Shown in pieces: positions 27,683 through 32,000 of a stretch of 32,000 bases of DNA. The translations under genes and the position numbers were made by a program. Origin of the DNA: Candidatus Kuenenia stuttgartensis. Lineage in GTDB: Bacteria > Planctomycetota > Brocadiia > Brocadiales > Brocadiaceae. Location of the stretch: the NCBI RefSeq assembly GCF_900232105.1, contig NZ_LT934425.1, positions 300,001 through 332,000 on the forward strand. The letters are read 5' to 3'. The notes under the pieces are model-generated. The model ran no database searches and was not told the DNA's origin. It saw only the letters and a program-made list of their open reading frames with translations. Every line of letters begins with the position of its first letter. The first letter of the stretch is position 1.

Positions 27683-27866
27683 TAATTTTGCATTAATTAG
27701 TGTTATAGAATCTTAAGTGTATTGACACAATAATAAGCCCTTTTGGGCAAATCATTGTCAATTGAAATTATTATATTCTACACCATGTAAAAGATGCAAG
27801 ATTTTTTTTAGTTTTATGTAATGGGACGAGCCTCGTCGCACTACGCCGAAGGCCTAACTCCATTCT

Positions 27867-27892
27867 CGTTCCCAAGTTCCGACTTGGGAACG
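27867..27892. repeat. inverted repeat CGTTCCCAAGT-TCCG-ACTTGGGAACG
   Basis: Direct reading; 11 bp perfect arms, 4 nt loop. Confidence 0.85.
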
Positions 27893-28167
27893 TACGTGCC
27901 CTGGAAGCTCCTGCTTCCATTTAATAACAAATATTGGGATCAAAAGACGCCTTTTGTAAACCGAATGTTTCCCTTTTGCGTCCAAACCCATCTTCATATC
28001 CGAGACTCCTTTTGTCAAAATACGAAGCAGCCTGGCAAACTATCAGATATATTTTTGACAGATATCTGCCCTCTATATACAAACCGAAGCTGGCATAGCC
28101 AGAAGCAAACAAGCACGAGATAAAAAACACGAAGCACGAAATACGAAAAATGCGCTTGTTTAGAATG

Positions 28168-29358
28168 TCAGATCATTTTGTCATTAGAATTTGTTTCGGA
28201 TTTCACAATTACAGGCTGTGTTTCCTGCCTGAGAAAACGGAATATTTCTTCCGCCGCACGTTCAGATGCTCCTGGTTTTCCTATATCATCCATGAGTGAG
28301 CGTAGGTTTTCAATACACAGGTGTCTTTTTTGGTTATTCCTGAGCAATTCTATTGCCTGATTGGCCAGCCTGGAATAATTGTTACTGCACATGAGCGTTT
28401 CCGGAACAATCATCTTGTTTGCCAATATGTTTACCAGTCCGATATAAGGGGTGGTAAGGAACGGCCTGGCAATAAAATAAGCGAATGGTGAAATTTTATA
28501 AACAATAAGCATTGGTGTATGGTAATAGGCAATTTGCAGTGTAACAGTTCCAGAGCCGGCAAGGCAGATATCGGAAGACTGAATTATCTTGCGAACACAG
28601 CCAACGATAATTTCGGCGGGAAGATGAGATGCTTCTACTATTAAACGAATAAGAGAGAAATACTGTTCGCTGGTACAGGAAACGAGGATTTTTATGGAAG
28701 GGATGGTCTGTTTTATTTGTTTTGCTGCCCGGAGCAATAGCGGCAGCAGTCGGATAATTTCCTGTTTTCTGCTTCCGGGAAGCAGGGAAACGATGTACTC
28801 CCCCACTTGTTTTTCTTCCATCGAAAGGTGATTATTGATGCGTCGTTCCCTGTCTAATTCATCAAACAATGGGTGTCCAACATACGTGACCGGCAGTCCG
28901 GAAGTTTCATAAAAAGATTTTTCAAATGGATAGATGACGATTAAGAAGTCGACCAGTTTCCTTAGTTTTTTTATTCGCCATGGCCCGTGCGCCCATAATT
29001 GTGGAGTAATGTAATAAATTACCGGTATTTTTAATTTTTTTGCTGCCCTCGCAAGCTGGAAATTGAAACCGCAATAATCAATTAAGATGACGGCGCAAGG
29101 GGTTTCATGTTGAAAAAAGCGAACGCAATCTTTTTTCATGCGCAAAAAAGCGGATAATTCTGTCAAGGCGTGAAGCCACATGAGTGATTTTGTTTTCATA
29201 TCGCAAAGACAATGCAGGCCCGCTTCATTCATACGTTCTTTCCCCAAACCATAAAAGGTGATATTGGGATTTTTCTTAAGGAGGCTGCGCATCAGATTTG
29301 CTCCGTGGATATCCCCGGAGGATTCTCCCGCGCTGATAAATATCTTATAATTGTTCAT
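28168..29358 (-). CDS. lpxB: lipid-A-disaccharide synthase
   Basis: Start MNNYKIFISAGESSGDIHGANLMRSLLKKNPNITFYGLGKERM; VTYVGHPLFDEL; VSLLPGSRKQEI; CLAGSGTVTLQIAYYHTPMLIVYK. Confidence 0.93.
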   Translation of the reverse strand: MNNYKIFISAGESSGDIHGANLMRSLLKKNPNITFYGLGKERMNEAGLHCLCDMKTKSLMWLHALTELSAFLRMKKDCVRFFQHETPCAVILIDYCGFNFQLARAAKKLKIPVIYYITPQLWAHGPWRIKKLRKLVDFLIVIYPFEKSFYETSGLPVTYVGHPLFDELDRERRINNHLSMEEKQVGEYIVSLLPGSRKQEIIRLLPLLLRAAKQIKQTIPSIKILVSCTSEQYFSLIRLIVEASHLPAEIIVGCVRKIIQSSDICLAGSGTVTLQIAYYHTPMLIVYKISPFAYFIARPFLTTPYIGLVNILANKMIVPETLMCSNNYSRLANQAIELLRNNQKRHLCIENLRSLMDDIGKPGASERAAEEIFRFLRQETQPVIVKSETNSNDKMI

Positions 29359-29434
29359 ACGTTTGAAAATGTGAATGTGTAATAGTTTATGGAGATGGTA
29401 ACACTTTGGTCTTTTGAAACTGGAAATTGTCATT

Positions 29435-29463
29435 TGTAGTGCGACGAACCTCGTCGCACTACA
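29435..29463. repeat. inverted repeat TGTAGTGCGACGA-ACC-TCGTCGCACTACA
   Basis: Direct reading; 13 bp perfect arms. A degenerate half-copy (GGGACGAGCCTCGTCGCACTACG) occurs near 27828-27845. Confidence 0.9.
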
Positions 29464-29508
29464 TGAATTTAGTGGGCTTAGTAACACCTTAGTCTTTTGA
29501 AAAAGTAA

Positions 29509-29573
29509 GGGCGAAGCATTTGCCCGCTTGGGTGTGAACGCATTTATGACAATTTACAGCAAATGCTTCGCCC
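29509..29573. repeat. inverted repeat GGGCGAAGCATTTGC ... GCAAATGCTTCGCCC
   Basis: 15 bp perfect arms 29509-29523 and 29559-29573. Confidence 0.85.
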
Positions 29574-29645
29574 CTACATTGCTATTATTGGAATTTTTCA
29601 AAAAGCCAAATTGTTACCAATCATTTCATTTTCAGGCAGAGCGTA

Positions 29646-30869
29646 TTATCCTTGCCCTTCGCTTTCCTTTTCTGGTATTTTCCTGTCTTGCAATGGCGCA
29701 GGTGAAGGGGTATTTATTTTCTTTCGGGGTATTCGTTGGCGTGATCTGGCTTCTTCATTAAAAGGGTTTTTTCCTATCCAACAGGGAGAGATTTTCCTGC
29801 TGGAAATAACTTTACTGAGGAGCGAAAGGTCCTTTTTTGCAACCAGGGTAAAGGCTATTCCCTTCCTTCCCATACGGCCTGCACGTCCTGTACGATGCGT
29901 ATATTGCTCACCATCTCTTGGCATATCCCAATTAATCACATGCGATACATGAGAAAAGTCAAGCCCCCTTCCCGCAACGTCGCTCGCAATAAGGTAGCGG
30001 ATTTTTTGGCTTCTAAATCTGCGAATAATTGATGAACGCTTGTCCTGTGCGAGTCCGGCGTGCATATACTCAATATCATGAAAATCTTTCCTAAGCAGCC
30101 GAAACAGAGAGTCAACCATGTGCCGTGCATTACAGAAGATAAGCGCCTGGTTCACCTCCTCGCCCTTGAGATATTTAACGAGTTCTTCATGCTTTTGTTT
30201 CGGGTTGACATAAGAAAAATAATGTTCAATGCTTTCCGGTGCAGATCTCTTTGTAACAAGCGATATATACTGGGGTTCATGCAAACAGTCTTGTGTAAGT
30301 TTTTTTATATCATCGGGCATCGTTGCGGAAAAAAGCAGTGTTTGATGTTTGTGCCGTATACATGACAAAATGAATTCGATATCCTCAAGGAATCCTACCT
30401 TTAGCAGCTCGTCCGCCTCATCAAGGATAACACATTTTATCCGTGCAAATGAAAGTATCCCTTCGTACAAAAGATCTATGAGCCGTCCTGGGGTTGCCAC
30501 TAAAATATGCACTGTCTGTTTTACTCTGGCTATCTGTGCCGCCCTATCAAATCCGCCATAAACGGCATAAGGGATAACGTCCGTTTTTGCCGCTATTTTC
30601 CTGATCTCCTCCACATACTGCATACACAATTCACGAGTCGGAACAATCACAAGTCCCTGAATGGCGTCGAGGGAGGGATCAACTTTTTGAATAAGTGGGA
30701 TGGCGCAGGCTGCCGTCTTTCCCGACCCAGTCTCTGCCAGGGCACATAAATCATGGCCTGCGAAGATTATAGGGTAAGTCGCCTCCTGGATGGGAGTCAT
30801 TTCATTATATCCCATTTTATCGAGGGCTTTGAGGATGTCTGCAGAAAGCTCAAGGTCGCTGAATTTCAT
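29646..30869 (-). CDS. DEAD-box ATP-dependent RNA helicase
   Basis: Q-motif, AETGSGKT, PTRELC, DEAD, SATMP, HRTGRAGRMGRKG. Confidence 0.96.
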   Translation of the reverse strand: MKFSDLELSADILKALDKMGYNEMTPIQEATYPIIFAGHDLCALAETGSGKTAACAIPLIQKVDPSLDAIQGLVIVPTRELCMQYVEEIRKIAAKTDVIPYAVYGGFDRAAQIARVKQTVHILVATPGRLIDLLYEGILSFARIKCVILDEADELLKVGFLEDIEFILSCIRHKHQTLLFSATMPDDIKKLTQDCLHEPQYISLVTKRSAPESIEHYFSYVNPKQKHEELVKYLKGEEVNQALIFCNARHMVDSLFRLLRKDFHDIEYMHAGLAQDKRSSIIRRFRSQKIRYLIASDVAGRGLDFSHVSHVINWDMPRDGEQYTHRTGRAGRMGRKGIAFTLVAKKDLSLLSKVISSRKISPCWIGKNPFNEEARSRQRIPRKKINTPSPAPLQDRKIPEKESEGQG

Positions 30870-31054
30870 GTATAGTTATCCCCCTCCACAAGGCAATGAC
30901 CGCATAAATAGAACACAATGGCATTGGGTTAATTAAAAAGTTTTTACTCATATCATTTTTTTAAATCTATCTCCTTAAACATAAACCTTAATTTTTCACA
31001 AATTAAATCTTTTCCACTTCATTATCCTGTATTTTTTCCAGCATGGGTGGTTAA

Positions 31055-31175
31055 GGTTGCAACCAAATGTCATTAAGTTAAAGTTGTTTGATTAAAAACA
31101 ACCCCCTTTATCCCCCTTTATTAAGGGAGACTTTTGCGGCAGGTAGATTAACTTAATGACATTGGCTTGCAAACC
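31055..31175. repeat. ~120 bp MITE-like element with 27/28 bp near-perfect terminal inverted repeats
   Basis: Left GGTTGCAACCAAATGTCATTAAGTTAA (31055-31081); right TTAACTTAATGACATTGGCTTGCAAACC (31148-31175). The inner 16 bp are perfectly complementary. Confidence 0.75.
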
Positions 31176-31302
31176 TGAACGGGCGGGAATATCGTTAATT
31201 TTGCAGTGATTACGATGTGATTGTCCTGGCAGACCCATCAATCATAGAGAATACGTGCAATACGCCCTATACAAGAATAGTTTTAAATTCTTTAACGTTG
31301 AA

Positions 31303-32000
31303 TTATACTGGCACCGGAGACATTTTCCATATTTCATTATTATATTCTTCTATCGTTCTGTCACTGGAAAATTTGCCGCTGCAGGCAGTATTCAAGATGC
31401 TCATCCTCGTCCATTTATTCTGATCCCGATACGCCTCTGCTACTTTTTTCTGAGCGTTGACATAACTTCTGAAATCTGCAATCGTCATCCACGGGTCGTT
31501 CGGACTGGTAAGCGAATGAATAATGCTATCAAATATTTTATATTCAAACTGGTTGAAATGGCCGCTTGTAAGTAACTGCATCACGCGAAGCAAGTCCTCG
31601 TCCGTGTGAATAATCGCATCCGGGTTATAGTTTTTTCGTAATTGGAAAACTTCTTCAGCAGTCAAACCAAAAAAAAAGAGGTTTTCATCTCCAACTTCTT
31701 TGCGAATTTCAATGTTAGCGCCGTCGAGTGTGCCGATAGTTATAGCGCCGTTCATCATGAATTTCATATTTCCCGTGCCCGAGGCTTCTTTTCCTGCCGT
31801 AGAAATTTGTTCGGAAAGGTCTGTGCCAGGGGCAATAATTTCCATGGCAGTTACAGAATAATTCGGCAAAAAAACCACTTTTAAATATTCGTGCATCTTT
31901 GGATCGGCGTTAATTACCTCCGCAACATTATTTATCAATTTAATAATGGTTTTTGCCATAAAATATCCCGAAGCGGCTTTTCCGCCAAAAAGGATGAGTC
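31303..32000 (-). CDS. glycogen/maltodextrin phosphorylase, C-terminal part (start outside window)
   Basis: LILFGGKAASGYFMAKTIIKLINNVAEVIN...VVFLPNYSVTAMEIIAPGTDLSEQISTAGKEASGTGNMKFMMNGAITIGTLDGANIEI. The frame remains open past the track's M at 31959 to the window edge. Confidence 0.95.
   Translation of the reverse strand, partial: LILFGGKAASGYFMAKTIIKLINNVAEVINADPKMHEYLKVVFLPNYSVTAMEIIAPGTDLSEQISTAGKEASGTGNMKFMMNGAITIGTLDGANIEIRKEVGDENLFFFGLTAEEVFQLRKNYNPDAIIHTDEDLLRVMQLLTSGHFNQFEYKIFDSIIHSLTSPNDPWMTIADFRSYVNAQKKVAEAYRDQNKWTRMSILNTACSGKFSSDRTIEEYNNEIWKMSPVPV

Noticed and set aside
1-32000. CRISPR array, tRNA, rRNA or phage module
   Set aside because: No regularly spaced direct repeats, tRNA cloverleaf or CCA signatures, rRNA motifs or structural phage proteins were seen by eye. 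A tRNAscan/Infernal scan would be needed for certainty.

Overview
All supported genes lie on the minus strand. The gene content resembles a planctomycete/anammox-type genome, but that is inference only.

Main content, right to left (the direction of transcription): 3' end of a glycogen phosphorylase; DEAD-box RNA helicase; lpxB; a BlaI-type repressor and M56 (BlaR1-like) protease pair followed by a TolC-like protein, an 8-CxxCH cytochrome with an N-terminal carboxypeptidase-regulatory-like domain, and a His-rich metal-binding mini-protein; HD-GYP protein; glgX; response regulator; radical SAM protein; PMCA/SERCA-type P-type ATPase. A heavy-metal (Cu/Ag-like) efflux locus follows: CxxC-rich periplasmic protein, CusB-like adaptor, CusA-like pump, HMBD lipoprotein, CusC-like OMP, multicopper oxidase, and a second CxxC-rich protein cut by the window edge.

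Most interesting observations: (1) the CusB-CusA pair is split by a frameshifted GxxExxY gene bounded by imperfect inverted repeats. One of those repeats is interrupted by a ~1.7 kb segment carrying an uncharacterised 518-aa protein, a candidate mobile element without obvious terminal inverted repeats. (2) The CusB-like protein carries five tandem heavy-metal-binding ribbons inserted in its middle, plus one at the N-terminus. (3) Two gene remnants are absent or mis-framed in the ORF track: a GH15-like glucoamylase N-terminus with an in-frame stop, and an orphan 37-codon paralogue of the multiheme cytochrome leader. (4) There are several dispersed palindromic/MITE-like repeats. No rRNA, tRNA or CRISPR array was recognised.
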